A DNA stretch of 64,000 bases from Escherichia coli. Lineage in GTDB: Bacteria > Pseudomonadota > Gammaproteobacteria > Enterobacterales > Enterobacteriaceae. The notes beneath the pieces are model-generated. The model searched no databases. It saw only the letters and a program-made list of their open reading frames with translations, and was not told where the DNA came from. The stretch lies in assembly GCF_044324875.1 (NCBI RefSeq), contig NZ_CP172185.1; one strand, given 5' to 3'. Position numbers and translations under genes: made by a program. How positions within the stretch are numbered: the stretch's first letter is position 1; each line of letters begins with the position of its first letter. Below are positions 39,716 through 51,472 of the stretch, piece after piece.

Positions 39716-40534
39716 ATGACCACACGCGTGATTGCTCTCGACTTAGACGGCACCTTATTGACCCCGAAAAAGACCCTGCTTCCTTCATCGATAGAAGCCC
39801 TGGCCCGCGCTCGCGAAGCAGGCTATCAATTAATCATCGTCACAGGTCGCCATCACGTCGCTATTCATCCTTTTTATCAGGCGCTGGCGCTGGATACACC
39901 TGCTATTTGCTGTAATGGCACCTATTTGTATGATTATCATGCAAAAACAGTGCTGGAAGCGGACCCAATGCCCGTTAATAAAGCCCTGCAACTCATTGAG
40001 ATGCTGAATGAACACCACATTCACGGTCTGATGTATGTGGATGATGCAATGGTCTATGAGCACCCGACCGGGCATGTCATTCGCACGTCTAACTGGGCGC
40101 AAACCCTGCCGCCGGAACAGCGTCCGACTTTCACACAAGTCGCTTCTCTGGCTGAAACGGCGCAACAAGTTAACGCCGTATGGAAGTTCGCTCTGACGCA
40201 CGATGACCTGCCGCAATTGCAGCATTTTGGTAAGCATGTCGAACATGAACTGGGACTGGAGTGTGAATGGTCCTGGCACGATCAGGTTGATATTGCACGC
40301 GGCGGCAACAGCAAAGGTAAACGTTTGACGAAATGGGTTGAGGCACAAGGTTGGTCGATGGAAAACGTCGTGGCATTCGGCGATAACTTTAATGATATCA
40401 GTATGCTGGAAGCCGCTGGTACGGGCGTGGCGATGGGCAACGCCGATGACGCGGTAAAAGCGCGCGCCAACATTGTGATTGGTGATAACACCACCGACAG
40501 CATTGCCCGGTTCATTTATAGCCACCTGATTTAA
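39716..40534 (+). CDS. ybhA: Pyridoxal phosphate phosphatase YbhA (HAD family)
   Basis: 272-aa product from MTTRVIALDLDGTLL. Confidence 0.9.
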   Translation: MTTRVIALDLDGTLLTPKKTLLPSSIEALARAREAGYQLIIVTGRHHVAIHPFYQALALDTPAICCNGTYLYDYHAKTVLEADPMPVNKALQLIEMLNEHHIHGLMYVDDAMVYEHPTGHVIRTSNWAQTLPPEQRPTFTQVASLAETAQQVNAVWKFALTHDDLPQLQHFGKHVEHELGLECEWSWHDQVDIARGGNSKGKRLTKWVEAQGWSMENVVAFGDNFNDISMLEAAGTGVAMGNADDAVKARANIVIGDNTTDSIARFIYSHLI

Positions 40535-41593
40535 TCAGGCGGTTATCGACACACTTTTAATTTGCGCGTACAGCCACAGGCCAGGTTTGATCGCCAGTTC
40601 ATCCCTGGCCCACGGGCTGATACGCGCCCACAGCGTTTTACCGCCGACTTCCAGCTCCACTTCCACCTGGCCGTTGTCGTCATAACTATTAACAACTTTT
40701 GCCCGCAATACGTTACGAATGCTGGTTTGCTGCGGCGGTTGTAAAACCAGAGAAACATCGGAAGCCTGAATGCGGATACGTAGCGCAGCTTGCAGCGGTT
40801 CGTCCAGCTTATTAACCCACAAATGCTGATCGCCCAGCGCCAGCGCGGTCATCGCGTAATGCGGATGATGCTCAAGCACCGTCACTTTCAGAATGCTACT
40901 TTGTTGCTCTTTCGGCAGCCACGGATTCATCACGCTACTGCCCCACACTTCCTCCAGCGCGCCAAAGGCTTTCACCTGACCGTTTTCCAGTACCATCACT
41001 CTGTCTGCCAGATGGAGGATCTCATCCAGCGAATGGCTGACATACAACATCGGAATGTTGATTTCCCGTGTCAGCCGTTGCAGATAAGGCAACAGTTCGC
41101 GTTTACGCGGAATATCCAGTGACGCCAGCGGTTCATCCAGCAACAGCAATTCCGGTGCTGTCAGCAAAGCCCGACCAATCGCCACGCGCTGTTTTTCGCC
41201 TCCGGAAAGGCTGCCCGGTAAACGCTCAAGAAACGGTTCAATGCCTAAAAGCGCCACCAGCTTATCGAACTGATCGACCATACTTTTCGACATGCCGTAG
41301 CGCAGATTGCCACGCACTTTGTAATGCGGGAACAGCCGCGCATCCTGAAAAACATAGCCAACGCGACGCTTTTCCGGCGTCAGGCAGATACCTTTTTCGG
41401 CATCATTTAGTACCCGCCCATTGAGGACAATCCGCCCTTTTTGCGGACGCGTCAGTCCACTGATGGCGTTAATCAGCGAAGTTTTTCCGGCACCGGAGAC
41501 GCCAAAGATAGCAGTGATGCCATTGGCGGGCAGCGTTTCATTAATGGTCAGGCAATGGTTGCCCAACGTCTGGGAAAAATTCAGTTCCAGCAT
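40535..41593 (-). CDS. modC: Molybdate ABC transporter ATPase
   Basis: 352-aa product with Walker [10 protein letters not shown] and C-terminal MOP domain. Confidence 0.95.
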   Translation of the reverse strand: MLELNFSQTLGNHCLTINETLPANGITAIFGVSGAGKTSLINAISGLTRPQKGRIVLNGRVLNDAEKGICLTPEKRRVGYVFQDARLFPHYKVRGNLRYGMSKSMVDQFDKLVALLGIEPFLERLPGSLSGGEKQRVAIGRALLTAPELLLLDEPLASLDIPRKRELLPYLQRLTREINIPMLYVSHSLDEILHLADRVMVLENGQVKAFGALEEVWGSSVMNPWLPKEQQSSILKVTVLEHHPHYAMTALALGDQHLWVNKLDEPLQAALRIRIQASDVSLVLQPPQQTSIRNVLRAKVVNSYDDNGQVEVELEVGGKTLWARISPWARDELAIKPGLWLYAQIKSVSITA

Positions 41594-41595
41594 GA

Positions 41596-42285
41596 TTAGC
41601 GCCCCGCCCGTTCACGGCTGATTCTGGCCAGCCATTCTGAAATCAACAGGGAGATCATCGCCAGCGCAATAGAAATAATGCACAGTCTCGCCGCGCCACT
41701 TTCCCCGCCGGGGGTCTGGATCAGGGTATACATGGCAGAGGGAATAGTTCGCGTTTCGCCAGGAATGTTCGACACAAAGGTGATGGTTGCACCAAACTCA
41801 CCGAGAGAACGAGCAAAAGCCAGTACCGTACCAACAATAATGCCCGGTAAGGTCAGCGGTAACGTGATAGTAAAGAAAACTCGCCAGCGCCCGGCCCCCA
41901 GTGTTCTTGCGGCCTGCTCCAGTTTGATATCAACACCTTCCAGCGCCAGACGAATCGCCCGCACCATCAGCGGAAAAGACATGACAGCGGCAGCGAGAAC
42001 CGCACCGCGCCAGCTAAAGGCGAAGGTAATGCCAAACCAGTCATACAGACGTTCACCGATAAATCCGCGCCGTCCCATCGAAACTAATAATAAGTAACCG
42101 ACGACCACGGGCGGTAACACCAGCGGTAGATGCAGTACGCTATCGAGCAGAGCTTTGCCCGGAAACGTGCAACGTACCAGTAACCAGGCAAAAAAGATCC
42201 CAAACGGCAGGCTAAACAGCACAGCCAGGGAAGAAACTTTCAGGCTTAATAAAACTGCCTGCCATTCTGGATCGGTCAGTATCAT
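41596..42285 (-). CDS. modB: Molybdate ABC transporter permease
   Basis: 229-aa membrane product; operon position. Confidence 0.95.
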   Translation of the reverse strand: MILTDPEWQAVLLSLKVSSLAVLFSLPFGIFFAWLLVRCTFPGKALLDSVLHLPLVLPPVVVGYLLLVSMGRRGFIGERLYDWFGITFAFSWRGAVLAAAVMSFPLMVRAIRLALEGVDIKLEQAARTLGAGRWRVFFTITLPLTLPGIIVGTVLAFARSLGEFGATITFVSNIPGETRTIPSAMYTLIQTPGGESGAARLCIISIALAMISLLISEWLARISRERAGR

Positions 42286-43058
42286 TACTTGGTTGTAAAT
42301 CCGTAACGTTTAAAGATTTCCGCAGCCTGCGGCCCCTTCAGATAATCATAAAATGCTATCACTGTCGCATTATTATGCCCTTCCACAACAGCAACCGGAT
42401 ATTCCACTTTTTTATGTGAATCTTCCGGGAAGGTGGCAACCACTTTTACCCCTTTGCTGGCAACTGCGTCAGAACCGTAAACAATACCCAGCGGCGCTTC
42501 ATTGCGTTCGACCAACGCCAGCGCGCCACGAACATCTTCCGCCGGAGCCAGTTTCGGGGAGAGCGTATCCCATGCGCCCAGTTTTTGCAGTGCTTCTTTT
42601 GCATAAATGCCAGCAGGGACATGTTCCGGATCGCCAACCGCGAGGCGACCGCCATTCAGCAGCGAAGTCCAGTTAGTTTTGCTGTCGATGGTGAAATCTT
42701 TCTGCTCGCTGGCTTTCGGTGCTACAACGACCAGGCTATTGCCGAGCAGTGTCTGGCGCGAAGCTGTATCGATCGCTTTTTTATCAACCGCATAATCCAT
42801 CCATTTCTGATCGGCAGAAATAAACAGATCCGCAGGCGCACCCGCTTCAATCTGACGGGCCAAAGTAGATGACGAAGCGAAAGAAGAAACCACATCCACG
42901 CCTTTCTCTTTTTTATACTGCGTAGCAATGTCCTGCATTGCGTTAGTCAGTGATGCGGCGGCGAACACCGTGATTTTCCCTTCATCTGCCAGTGCATTGC
43001 CAGCAACAGCGAAAGAGAGTGCCGCCCCGGTAAACAAGTTCAACCATTTACGAGCCAT
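42285..43058 (-). CDS. modA: Molybdate periplasmic binding protein
   Basis: 257-aa product with signal peptide. Confidence 0.95.
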   Translation of the reverse strand: MARKWLNLFTGAALSFAVAGNALADEGKITVFAAASLTNAMQDIATQYKKEKGVDVVSSFASSSTLARQIEAGAPADLFISADQKWMDYAVDKKAIDTASRQTLLGNSLVVVAPKASEQKDFTIDSKTNWTSLLNGGRLAVGDPEHVPAGIYAKEALQKLGAWDTLSPKLAPAEDVRGALALVERNEAPLGIVYGSDAVASKGVKVVATFPEDSHKKVEYPVAVVEGHNNATVIAFYDYLKGPQAAEIFKRYGFTTK

Positions 43059-43067
43059 TGGTAACCC

Positions 43068-43102
43068 CTTAATGTAACGTTATGTAGGCGTCAATATAAC
43101 GG
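43068..43102 (-). promoter_or_regulatory. modA operator region (ModE binding site)
   Basis: Reverse complement reads CGTTATATTGACGCCTACATAACGTTACATTAAGG just upstream of modA, resembling the recalled ModE operator. Confidence 0.45.
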
Positions 43103-43224
43103 CAAGTTCGGAATTTTCCCAGCAGTTATTGTTAACCTTTGTGAGGTAGATGAGAAAAAATATCGGCAGGAAAAGCAGGAAGTTGAGAAAAAGAAAATGC
43201 CCGACTAAGCGGGCATTCAGGGAA

Positions 43225-43392
<168 letters not shown>

Positions 43393-43502
43393 TCATGAGA
43401 CTATTCTAACCGCTAAGCACAGAAAAGCACTCCCCTTTTGTGCGGTCAGCTTTGCGTGGCGTTCGTTTTCCGTCACAATAAGACTTTTGCCAGGACATTG
43501 TT

Positions 43503-44291
43503 ATGCAGGCCGAAATCCTTCTCACCCTTAAGCTCCAACAAAAATTATTCGCCGACCCGCGCCGCATTTCGCTACTAAAACACATTGCGCTTTCCGGTTC
43601 CATTAGCCAGGGAGCGAAAGATGCCGGTATCAGCTATAAAAGCGCCTGGGATGCCATTAACGAGATGAATCAGTTAAGTGAGCATATTCTGGTCGAGCGC
43701 GCAACAGGCGGTAAAGGTGGCGGCGGCGCAGTACTGACCCGCTATGGTCAGCGACTGATTCAGCTCTATGACTTACTGGCGCAAATCCAGCAAAAAGCCT
43801 TTGATGTGTTAAGTGACGATGACGCCCTGCCGCTGAACAGCCTGCTGGCCGCGATCTCACGTTTTTCACTGCAAACCAGCGCCCGTAACCAGTGGTTCGG
43901 TACCATCACCGCCCGCGATCATGATGACGTTCAACAGCATGTTGATGTCTTACTGGCTGACGGAAAAACACGCCTGAAAGTCGCAATTACCGCACAAAGC
44001 GGCGCGCGTCTGGGGCTGGATGAAGGCAAAGAAGTGTTGATATTACTAAAAGCGCCGTGGGTAGGCATTACTCAGGACGAAGCGGTCGCACAAAACGCCG
44101 ACAACCAATTACCGGGTATTATTAGTCATATTGAGCGCGGCGCAGAGCAGTGCGAAGTATTAATGGCGCTACCCGACGGGCAAACACTGTGCGCCACAGT
44201 GCCGGTAAATGAAGCGACTTCTCTTCAGCAAGGACAGAATGTCACGGCCTACTTTAATGCCGACAGCGTGATTATCGCCACGCTGTGCTAA
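43503..44291 (+). CDS. modE: Molybdate-responsive transcriptional regulator ModE
   Basis: 262-aa product; divergent from acrZ-modABC. Confidence 0.95.
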   Translation: MQAEILLTLKLQQKLFADPRRISLLKHIALSGSISQGAKDAGISYKSAWDAINEMNQLSEHILVERATGGKGGGGAVLTRYGQRLIQLYDLLAQIQQKAFDVLSDDDALPLNSLLAAISRFSLQTSARNQWFGTITARDHDDVQQHVDVLLADGKTRLKVAITAQSGARLGLDEGKEVLILLKAPWVGITQDEAVAQNADNQLPGIISHIERGAEQCEVLMALPDGQTLCATVPVNEATSLQQGQNVTAYFNADSVIIATLC

Positions 44292-44358
44292 GCGTGTTGA
44301 CAATTTGTTATGAAACACGTATCCCTGTCAGTAATCGCTGCACAAAATGGGATATAAA

Positions 44359-45831
44359 ATGTCATTGTTGCAAATTTTGCAAGGCACGTTTCGTCTTAGC
44401 GACACAAAAACGCTGCAATTGCCTCAGCTAACGTTAAACGCGGGTGATAGTTGGGCGTTTGTCGGTTCGAATGGAAGCGGGAAATCGGCCCTGGCCCGCG
44501 CGCTGGCGGGGGAACTTCCGCTTTTGAAAGGTGAACGGCAAAGCCAGTTTTCCCACATCACTCGTCTCTCCTTCGAGCAATTGCAAAAGCTCGTCAGCGA
44601 CGAATGGCAGCGGAATAACACCGATATGCTCGGCCCTGGCGAAGATGACACCGGGCGTACCACGGCTGAAATCATTCAGGATGAAGTAAAGGATGCACCG
44701 CGTTGTATGCAACTGGCGCAGCAGTTCGGTATTACCGCCCTCCTCGACCGACGCTTTAAATACCTTTCCACTGGCGAGACGCGAAAAACCCTGCTGTGTC
44801 AGGCGCTGATGTCGGAGCCTGACTTGTTGATTCTTGATGAGCCGTTCGATGGCCTGGATGTTGCCTCACGTCAGCAGCTGGCTGAGCTACTCGCCTCGTT
44901 ACATCAGTCCGGTATTACTCTGGTACTGGTGCTCAATCGCTTCGATGAGATCCCGGAATTTGTCCAGTTTGCTGGCGTGCTGGCGGATTGTACGTTAGCG
45001 GAAACGGGCGCTAAAGAGGAACTGCTCCAACAAGCACTCGTTGCGCAACTGGCGCATAGCGAACAGCTTGAAGGTGTACAACTGCCGGAGCCGGATGAAC
45101 CTTCAGCACGTCACGCCTTACCCGCCAACGAACCGCGCATTGTGCTGAACAACGGCGTGGTTTCTTATAATGATCGCCCCATTCTTAATAACCTTAGCTG
45201 GCAGGTGAATCCAGGTGAACACTGGCAAATTGTCGGGCCAAATGGCGCGGGAAAATCGACGTTATTAAGCCTGATTACTGGCGATCATCCGCAAGGTTAC
45301 AGCAACGATTTGACGCTTTTCGGACGACGTCGCGGCAGCGGCGAAACCATCTGGGATATCAAAAAGCATATCGGTTACGTCAGCAGTAGTTTGCATCTGG
45401 ATTACCGGGTCAGTACTACTGTGCGTAATGTGATTCTTTCTGGCTATTTTGATTCGATTGGCATTTATCAGGCCGTTTCGGATCGCCAGCAAAAACTGGT
45501 GCAGCAGTGGCTGGATATTCTCGGCATTGATAAACGCACGGCTGACGCTCCGTTCCATAGTCTTTCCTGGGGGCAACAACGCCTGGCGCTGATCGTCCGC
45601 GCGCTGGTGAAACATCCGACGTTGCTTATTCTCGATGAACCACTACAGGGGCTTGATCCGCTCAATCGCCAGCTTATCCGCCGGTTTGTTGATGTGCTGA
45701 TTAGCGAAGGTGAAACGCAATTGTTGTTTGTTTCGCACCACGCTGAAGATGCGCCTGCCTGTATTACCCATCGTCTTGAGTTCGTGCCAGACGGCGGACT
45801 CTATCGCTATGTGCTGACAAAAATAAATTGA
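44359..45831 (+). CDS. modF: ABC-type ATPase ModF
   Basis: 490-aa product from Met 44359 with two ATP-binding cassettes. Confidence 0.9.
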   Translation: MSLLQILQGTFRLSDTKTLQLPQLTLNAGDSWAFVGSNGSGKSALARALAGELPLLKGERQSQFSHITRLSFEQLQKLVSDEWQRNNTDMLGPGEDDTGRTTAEIIQDEVKDAPRCMQLAQQFGITALLDRRFKYLSTGETRKTLLCQALMSEPDLLILDEPFDGLDVASRQQLAELLASLHQSGITLVLVLNRFDEIPEFVQFAGVLADCTLAETGAKEELLQQALVAQLAHSEQLEGVQLPEPDEPSARHALPANEPRIVLNNGVVSYNDRPILNNLSWQVNPGEHWQIVGPNGAGKSTLLSLITGDHPQGYSNDLTLFGRRRGSGETIWDIKKHIGYVSSSLHLDYRVSTTVRNVILSGYFDSIGIYQAVSDRQQKLVQQWLDILGIDKRTADAPFHSLSWGQQRLALIVRALVKHPTLLILDEPLQGLDPLNRQLIRRFVDVLISEGETQLLFVSHHAEDAPACITHRLEFVPDGGLYRYVLTKIN

Positions 45832-45994
45832 GTCGGTAGTGCTGACCGTGCCGGAGGCGGCCTAAGCGCCCTCTCCGGCCAACGGTTCGACGCATCCAGG
45901 CATGAAACCGCGTCTTTTTTTTCAGATAAAAAGCGCAATCATTCATAAACCCTCTGTTTTATAATCACTTAATCGCGCATAAAAAACGGCTAAA

Positions 45995-46130
45995 TTCTTG
46001 TGTAAACGATTCCACTAATTTATTCCATGTCACACTTTTCGCATCTTTGTTATGCTATGGTTATTTCATACCATAAGCCTAATGGAGCGAATTATGAGAG
46101 TTCTGGTTACCGGTGGTAGCGGTTACATTG
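45995..46130 (+). promoter_or_regulatory. gal operon control region: GalR operators OE and OI, P1/P2 promoters
   Basis: GTGTAAACGATTCCAC at 46000-46015 (OE) and GTGGTAGCGGTTACAT at 46113-46128 (OI, inside galE). Confidence 0.7.
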
Positions 46131-47110
46131 GAAGTCATACCTGTGTGCAATTACTGCAAAACGGTCATGATGTCATCATTCTTGATAACCTCTGTAACAG
46201 TAAGCGCAGCGTACTGCCCGTTATCGAGCGTTTAGGCGGCAAACATCCAACGTTTGTTGAAGGCGATATTCGTAACGAAGCGTTGATGACCGAGATCCTG
46301 CACGATCACGCTATCGACACCGTGATCCACTTCGCCGGGCTGAAAGCCGTTGGCGAATCGGTACAAAAACCGCTGGAATATTACGACAACAATGTCAACG
46401 GTACTCTCCGCCTGATTAGCGCCATGCGCGCCGCGAACGTCAAAAACTTTATTTTTAGCTCCTCTGCCACCGTTTATGGCGATCAGCCCAAAATTCCATA
46501 CGTTGAAAGCTTCCCGACCGGCACACCGCAAAGCCCTTACGGCAAAAGCAAACTGATGGTTGAACAGATCCTCACCGATCTGCAAAAAGCCCAGCCGGAC
46601 TGGAGCATTGCCCTGCTGCGCTACTTCAACCCGGTTGGCGCACATCCGTCGGGCGATATGGGCGAAGATCCGCAAGGCATTCCGAATAACCTGATGCCAT
46701 ACATCGCCCAGGTTGCTGTAGGCCGTCGCGACTCGCTGGCGATTTTTGGTAACGATTATCCGACCGAAGACGGTACTGGCGTACGCGATTACATCCACGT
46801 AATGGATCTGGCGGACGGTCACGTCGTGGCGATGGAGAAACTGGCGAACAAGCCAGGCGTACACATCTACAACCTCGGCGCTGGCGTAGGCAGCAGCGTG
46901 CTGGACGTGGTTAATGCCTTCAGCAAAGCCTGCGGCAAACCAGTTAACTATCATTTTGCACCGCGTCGCGAGGGCGACCTTCCGGCCTACTGGGCGGACG
47001 CCAGCAAAGCCGACCGTGAACTGAACTGGCGCGTGACGCGCACACTCGATGAAATGGCGCAGGACACCTGGCACTGGCAGTCACGCCATCCACAGGGATA
47101 TCCCGATTAA
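46094..47110 (+). CDS. galE: UDP-glucose 4-epimerase
   Basis: 338-aa product MRVLVTGGSGYIGSH. Confidence 0.97.
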   Translation: MRVLVTGGSGYIGSHTCVQLLQNGHDVIILDNLCNSKRSVLPVIERLGGKHPTFVEGDIRNEALMTEILHDHAIDTVIHFAGLKAVGESVQKPLEYYDNNVNGTLRLISAMRAANVKNFIFSSSATVYGDQPKIPYVESFPTGTPQSPYGKSKLMVEQILTDLQKAQPDWSIALLRYFNPVGAHPSGDMGEDPQGIPNNLMPYIAQVAVGRRDSLAIFGNDYPTEDGTGVRDYIHVMDLADGHVVAMEKLANKPGVHIYNLGAGVGSSVLDVVNAFSKACGKPVNYHFAPRREGDLPAYWADASKADRELNWRVTRTLDEMAQDTWHWQSRHPQGYPD

Positions 47111-47119
47111 GGAACGACC

Positions 47120-48166
47120 ATGACGCAATTTAATCCCGTTGATCATCCACATCGCCGCTACAACCCGCTCACCGGGCAATGGATTCTGGTTTCACCGCAC
47201 CGCGCTAAGCGCCCCTGGCAGGGGGCGCAGGAAACGCCAGCCAAACAGGTGTTACCTGCGCACGATCCAGATTGCTTCCTCTGCGCAGGTAATGTGCGGG
47301 TGACAGGCGATAAAAACCCCGATTACACCGGGACTTACGTTTTCACTAATGACTTTGCGGCCTTGATGTCTGACACGCCAGATGCGCCAGAAAGCAACGA
47401 TCCGCTGATGCGTTGCCAGAGCGCGCGCGGTGCCAGCCGGGTGATCTGCTTTTCACCGGATCACAGTAAAACGTTGCCAGAACTCAGCGTTGCGGCATTG
47501 ACGGAAATCGTCAAAACCTGGCAGGAGCAAACCGCAGAACTGGGGAAAACATACCCATGGGTGCAGGTCTTTGAAAACAAAGGTGCGGCGATGGGCTGCT
47601 CTAACCCGCATCCGCACGGACAGATTTGGGCAAATAGCTTCCTGCCTAACGAAGCTGAGCGCGAAGACCGCCTGCAAAAAGAATATTTTGCCGAACAGAA
47701 ATCACCAATGCTGGTGGATTATGTTCAGCGCGAGCTGGCAGACGGTAGCCGTACCGTTGTCGAAACCGAACACTGGTTAGCCGTCGTGCCTTACTGGGCT
47801 GCCTGGCCGTTCGAAACGCTACTGCTGCCCAAAGCCCACGTTTTACGGATCACCGATTTGACCGACGCCCAGCGCAGCGATTTGGCACTGGCGTTGAAAA
47901 AGCTGACCAGTCGTTATGACAACCTCTTCCAGTGCTCCTTCCCCTACTCTATGGGCTGGCACGGCGCGCCATTTAATGGCGAAGAGAATCAACACTGGCA
48001 GCTGCACGCGCACTTTTATCCGCCTCTGTTGCGCTCCGCCACCGTACGTAAATTTATGGTTGGTTATGAAATGCTGGCAGAGACCCAGCGAGACCTGACC
48101 GCAGAACAGGCAGCAGAGCGTTTGCGCGCAGTCAGCGATATCCATTTTCGCGAATCCGGAGTGTAA
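47120..48166 (+). CDS. galT: Galactose-1-phosphate uridylyltransferase
   Basis: 348-aa product with HPHGQ active-site motif. Confidence 0.97.
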   Translation: MTQFNPVDHPHRRYNPLTGQWILVSPHRAKRPWQGAQETPAKQVLPAHDPDCFLCAGNVRVTGDKNPDYTGTYVFTNDFAALMSDTPDAPESNDPLMRCQSARGASRVICFSPDHSKTLPELSVAALTEIVKTWQEQTAELGKTYPWVQVFENKGAAMGCSNPHPHGQIWANSFLPNEAEREDRLQKEYFAEQKSPMLVDYVQRELADGSRTVVETEHWLAVVPYWAAWPFETLLLPKAHVLRITDLTDAQRSDLALALKKLTSRYDNLFQCSFPYSMGWHGAPFNGEENQHWQLHAHFYPPLLRSATVRKFMVGYEMLAETQRDLTAEQAAERLRAVSDIHFRESGV

Positions 48167-48169
48167 GAA

Positions 48170-49318
48170 ATGAGTCTGAAAGAAAAAACACAATCTCTGT
48201 TTGCCAACGCATTTGGCTACCCTGCCACTCACACCATTCAGGCGCCTGGCCGCGTGAATTTGATTGGTGAACACACCGACTACAACGACGGTTTCGTTCT
48301 GCCCTGCGCGATTGATTATCAAACCGTGATCAGCTGTGCGCCACGCGATGACCATAAAGTTCGCGTAATGGCAGCCGATTATGAAAATCAGCTCGACGAG
48401 TTTTCCCTCGATGCGCCCATTGTCGCGCATGAAAACTATCAATGGGCTAACTACGTTCGTGGCGTGGTGAAACATCTGCAACTGCGTAACAACAGCTTCG
48501 GCGGCGTGGACATGGTGATCAGCGGCAATGTGCCGCAGGGTGCCGGGTTAAGTTCTTCCGCTTCACTGGAAGTCGCGGTCGGAACCGTATTGCAGCAGCT
48601 TTATCATTTGCCGCTGGATGGCGCACAAATCGCGCTTAACGGTCAGGAAGCAGAAAACCAGTTTGTTGGCTGTAACTGCGGGATCATGGATCAGCTAATT
48701 TCCGCACTCGGCAAGAAAGATCATGCCTTGCTGATTGACTGCCGCTCACTGGGGACTAAAGCAGTTTCCATGCCGAAAGGTGTGGCTGTCGTCATCATTA
48801 ACAGTAACTTCAAACGTACCCTGGTTGGCAGCGAATACAACACCCGTCGTGAACAGTGCGAAACCGGTGCGCGTTTCTTCCAGCAGCCAGCGCTGCGCGA
48901 TGTCACCATTGAAGAGTTCAACGCTGTTGCGCATGAACTGGACCCGATCGTGGCAAAACGTGTGCGTCATATACTGACTGAAAACGCCCGCACCGTTGAA
49001 GCTGCCAGTGCGCTGGAGCAAGGCGACCTGAAACGTATGGGCGAGTTGATGGCGGAGTCTCATGCCTCTATGCGCGATGATTTCGAAATCACCGTTCCGC
49101 AAATTGACACTCTGGTAGAAATCGTCAAAGCTGTGATTGGCGACAAAGGTGGCGTACGCATGACCGGCGGCGGATTTGGCGGCTGTATCGTCGCGCTGAT
49201 CCCGGAAGAGCTGGTGCCTGCCGTACAGCAAGCTGTCGCTGAACAATATGAAGCAAAAACAGGTATTAAAGAGACTTTTTACGTTTGTAAACCATCACAA
49301 GGAGCAGGACAGTGCTGA
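48170..49318 (+). CDS. galK: Galactokinase
   Basis: 382-aa GHMP kinase product. Confidence 0.97.
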   Translation: MSLKEKTQSLFANAFGYPATHTIQAPGRVNLIGEHTDYNDGFVLPCAIDYQTVISCAPRDDHKVRVMAADYENQLDEFSLDAPIVAHENYQWANYVRGVVKHLQLRNNSFGGVDMVISGNVPQGAGLSSSASLEVAVGTVLQQLYHLPLDGAQIALNGQEAENQFVGCNCGIMDQLISALGKKDHALLIDCRSLGTKAVSMPKGVAVVIINSNFKRTLVGSEYNTRREQCETGARFFQQPALRDVTIEEFNAVAHELDPIVAKRVRHILTENARTVEAASALEQGDLKRMGELMAESHASMRDDFEITVPQIDTLVEIVKAVIGDKGGVRMTGGGFGGCIVALIPEELVPAVQQAVAEQYEAKTGIKETFYVCKPSQGAGQC

Positions 49319-50352
49319 ACGAAACTCCCGCACTGGCACCCGATGGTCAGCCGTACCGACTGTTAACTTTGCGTAACAACGCAGGGATGGTAGTCACGCT
49401 GATGGACTGGGGTGCGACTTTACTTTCAGCCCGTATTCCGCTTTCCGATGGCAGCGTCCGCGAGGCGCTGCTCGGCTGTGCCAGCCCGGAATGCTATCAG
49501 GATCTGGCCGCGTTTCTGGGGGCCTCTATTGGTCGTTATGCCAACCGCATCGCCAATAGCCGTTATACCTTTGACGGTGAAACCGTGACGCTTTCGCCAA
49601 GTCAGGGCGTCAACCAATTGCACGGCGGCCCGGAAGGGTTCGACAAACGTCGCTGGCAGATTGTGAACCAGAACGATCGTCAGGTGCTGTTTGCCCTGAG
49701 TTCAGATGATGGCGATCAGGGCTTCCCGGGTAATCTCGGCGCGACGGTGCAATATCGTCTGACCGACGATAACCGTATCTCCATTACTTATCGCGCCACA
49801 GTTGATAAACCTTGCCCGGTGAATATGACTAATCACGTCTATTTCAATCTTGACGGCGAGCAGTCTGACGTGCGCAATCACAAGTTGCAGATTCTGGCGG
49901 ACGAATATCTGCCGGTTGATGAAGGCGGCATTCCCCACGACGGCCTGAAATCTGTCGCCGGAACGTCTTTTGATTTCCGCAGCGCCAAAATCATCGCCAG
50001 TGAGTTTCTTGCCGACGACGATCAGCGCAAAGTGAAAGGTTACGATCACGCGTTCTTGTTACAGGCCAAAGGCGATGGCAAGAAAGTGGCGGCGCATGTC
50101 TGGTCAGCAGATGAAAAATTGCAGCTGAAGGTCTACACCACCGCTCCGGCTCTGCAATTCTACTCCGGCAACTTCCTCGGCGGCACACCGTCGCGGGGAA
50201 CCGAACCTTACGCCGACTGGCAAGGGCTGGCTCTGGAAAGCGAATTTCTGCCGGACAGCCCGAACCACCCTGAATGGCCGCAACCAGACTGCTTCCTGCG
50301 TCCTGGCGAAGAGTATTCCAGCCTGACGGAATATCAGTTTATTGCTCAGTAA
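49312..50352 (+). CDS. galM: Aldose 1-epimerase (galactose mutarotase)
   Basis: 346-aa product; overlaps galK stop. Confidence 0.95.
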   Translation: MLNETPALAPDGQPYRLLTLRNNAGMVVTLMDWGATLLSARIPLSDGSVREALLGCASPECYQDLAAFLGASIGRYANRIANSRYTFDGETVTLSPSQGVNQLHGGPEGFDKRRWQIVNQNDRQVLFALSSDDGDQGFPGNLGATVQYRLTDDNRISITYRATVDKPCPVNMTNHVYFNLDGEQSDVRNHKLQILADEYLPVDEGGIPHDGLKSVAGTSFDFRSAKIIASEFLADDDQRKVKGYDHAFLLQAKGDGKKVAAHVWSADEKLQLKVYTTAPALQFYSGNFLGGTPSRGTEPYADWQGLALESEFLPDSPNHPEWPQPDCFLRPGEEYSSLTEYQFIAQ

Positions 50353-50505
50353 TGTTAAGCCCTCGTCATGAGGGCTTTATCCTCATATTGTTCAAATCAC
50401 CAGCAAACACCGACATATTTGCAACTCAATATTCACAACAACCTTACACTGCGACACTATTTTCGCTATGGTTATGCGTAAGCATTGCTGTTGCTTCGTC
50501 ACGGC

Positions 50506-50530
50506 AATATAATGAGAATTATTATCATTA
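50506..50530 (+). promoter_or_regulatory. Putative Fur box upstream of gpmA
   Basis: AATATAATGAGAATTATTATCATT resembles the Fur consensus GATAATGATAATCATTATC. Confidence 0.45.
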
Positions 50531-50554
50531 AAAGATGATTTGAGGAGTAAGTAT

Positions 50555-51307
50555 ATGGCTGTAACTAAGCTGGTTCTGGTTCGTCATGGCGAAAGTCAGT
50601 GGAACAAAGAAAACCGTTTCACCGGTTGGTACGACGTGGATCTGTCTGAGAAAGGCGTAAGCGAAGCAAAAGCAGCAGGTAAGCTGCTGAAAGAGGAAGG
50701 TTACAGCTTTGACTTTGCTTACACCTCTGTGCTGAAACGCGCTATCCATACCCTGTGGAATGTGCTGGACGAACTGGATCAGGCATGGCTGCCCGTTGAG
50801 AAATCCTGGAAACTGAACGAACGTCACTACGGTGCGTTGCAGGGTCTGAACAAAGCGGAAACTGCTGAAAAGTATGGCGACGAGCAGGTGAAACAGTGGC
50901 GTCGTGGTTTTGCAGTGACTCCGCCGGAACTGACTAAAGATGATGAGCGTTATCCGGGTCACGATCCACGTTACGCGAAGCTGAGCGAGAAAGAACTGCC
51001 ACTGACGGAAAGCCTGGCGCTGACCATTGACCGCGTGATCCCTTACTGGAATGAAACCATTCTGCCGCGTATGAAGAGCGGTGAGCGCGTAATCATCGCT
51101 GCACACGGTAACTCGTTACGTGCGCTGGTGAAATATCTTGATAACATGAGCGAAGAAGAGATTCTTGAGCTGAATATCCCGACCGGCGTGCCGCTGGTTT
51201 ATGAGTTTGACGAGAACTTCAAACCGCTGAAACGCTATTATCTGGGTAATGCTGACGAGATCGCGGCGAAAGCAGCAGCCGTTGCGAACCAGGGTAAAGC
51301 GAAGTAA
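50555..51307 (+). CDS. gpmA: 2,3-bisphosphoglycerate-dependent phosphoglycerate mutase
   Basis: 250-aa product [17 protein letters not shown]. Confidence 0.95.
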
Positions 51308-51329
51308 ACGTCATTCGCTTAAAAATGAG

Positions 51330-51360
51330 AAAGCCGACTGCAAGTGAGTCGGCTTTTTTA
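51330..51360. terminator. Intrinsic terminator between gpmA and aroG
   Basis: AGCCGACT-gcaagtg-AGTCGGCT hairpin followed by T run; REP-like palindromes follow at about 51370-51460. Confidence 0.6.
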
Positions 51361-51472
51361 TTTTTCGTTGCTACCAATGGAGCACATTGCCTGATGCGAC
51401 GCTGCGCGTCTTGTCAGGGCTACGGTGATTCATCGGATACGCCACTCTGACGGCGCATCCGACAATTAAACC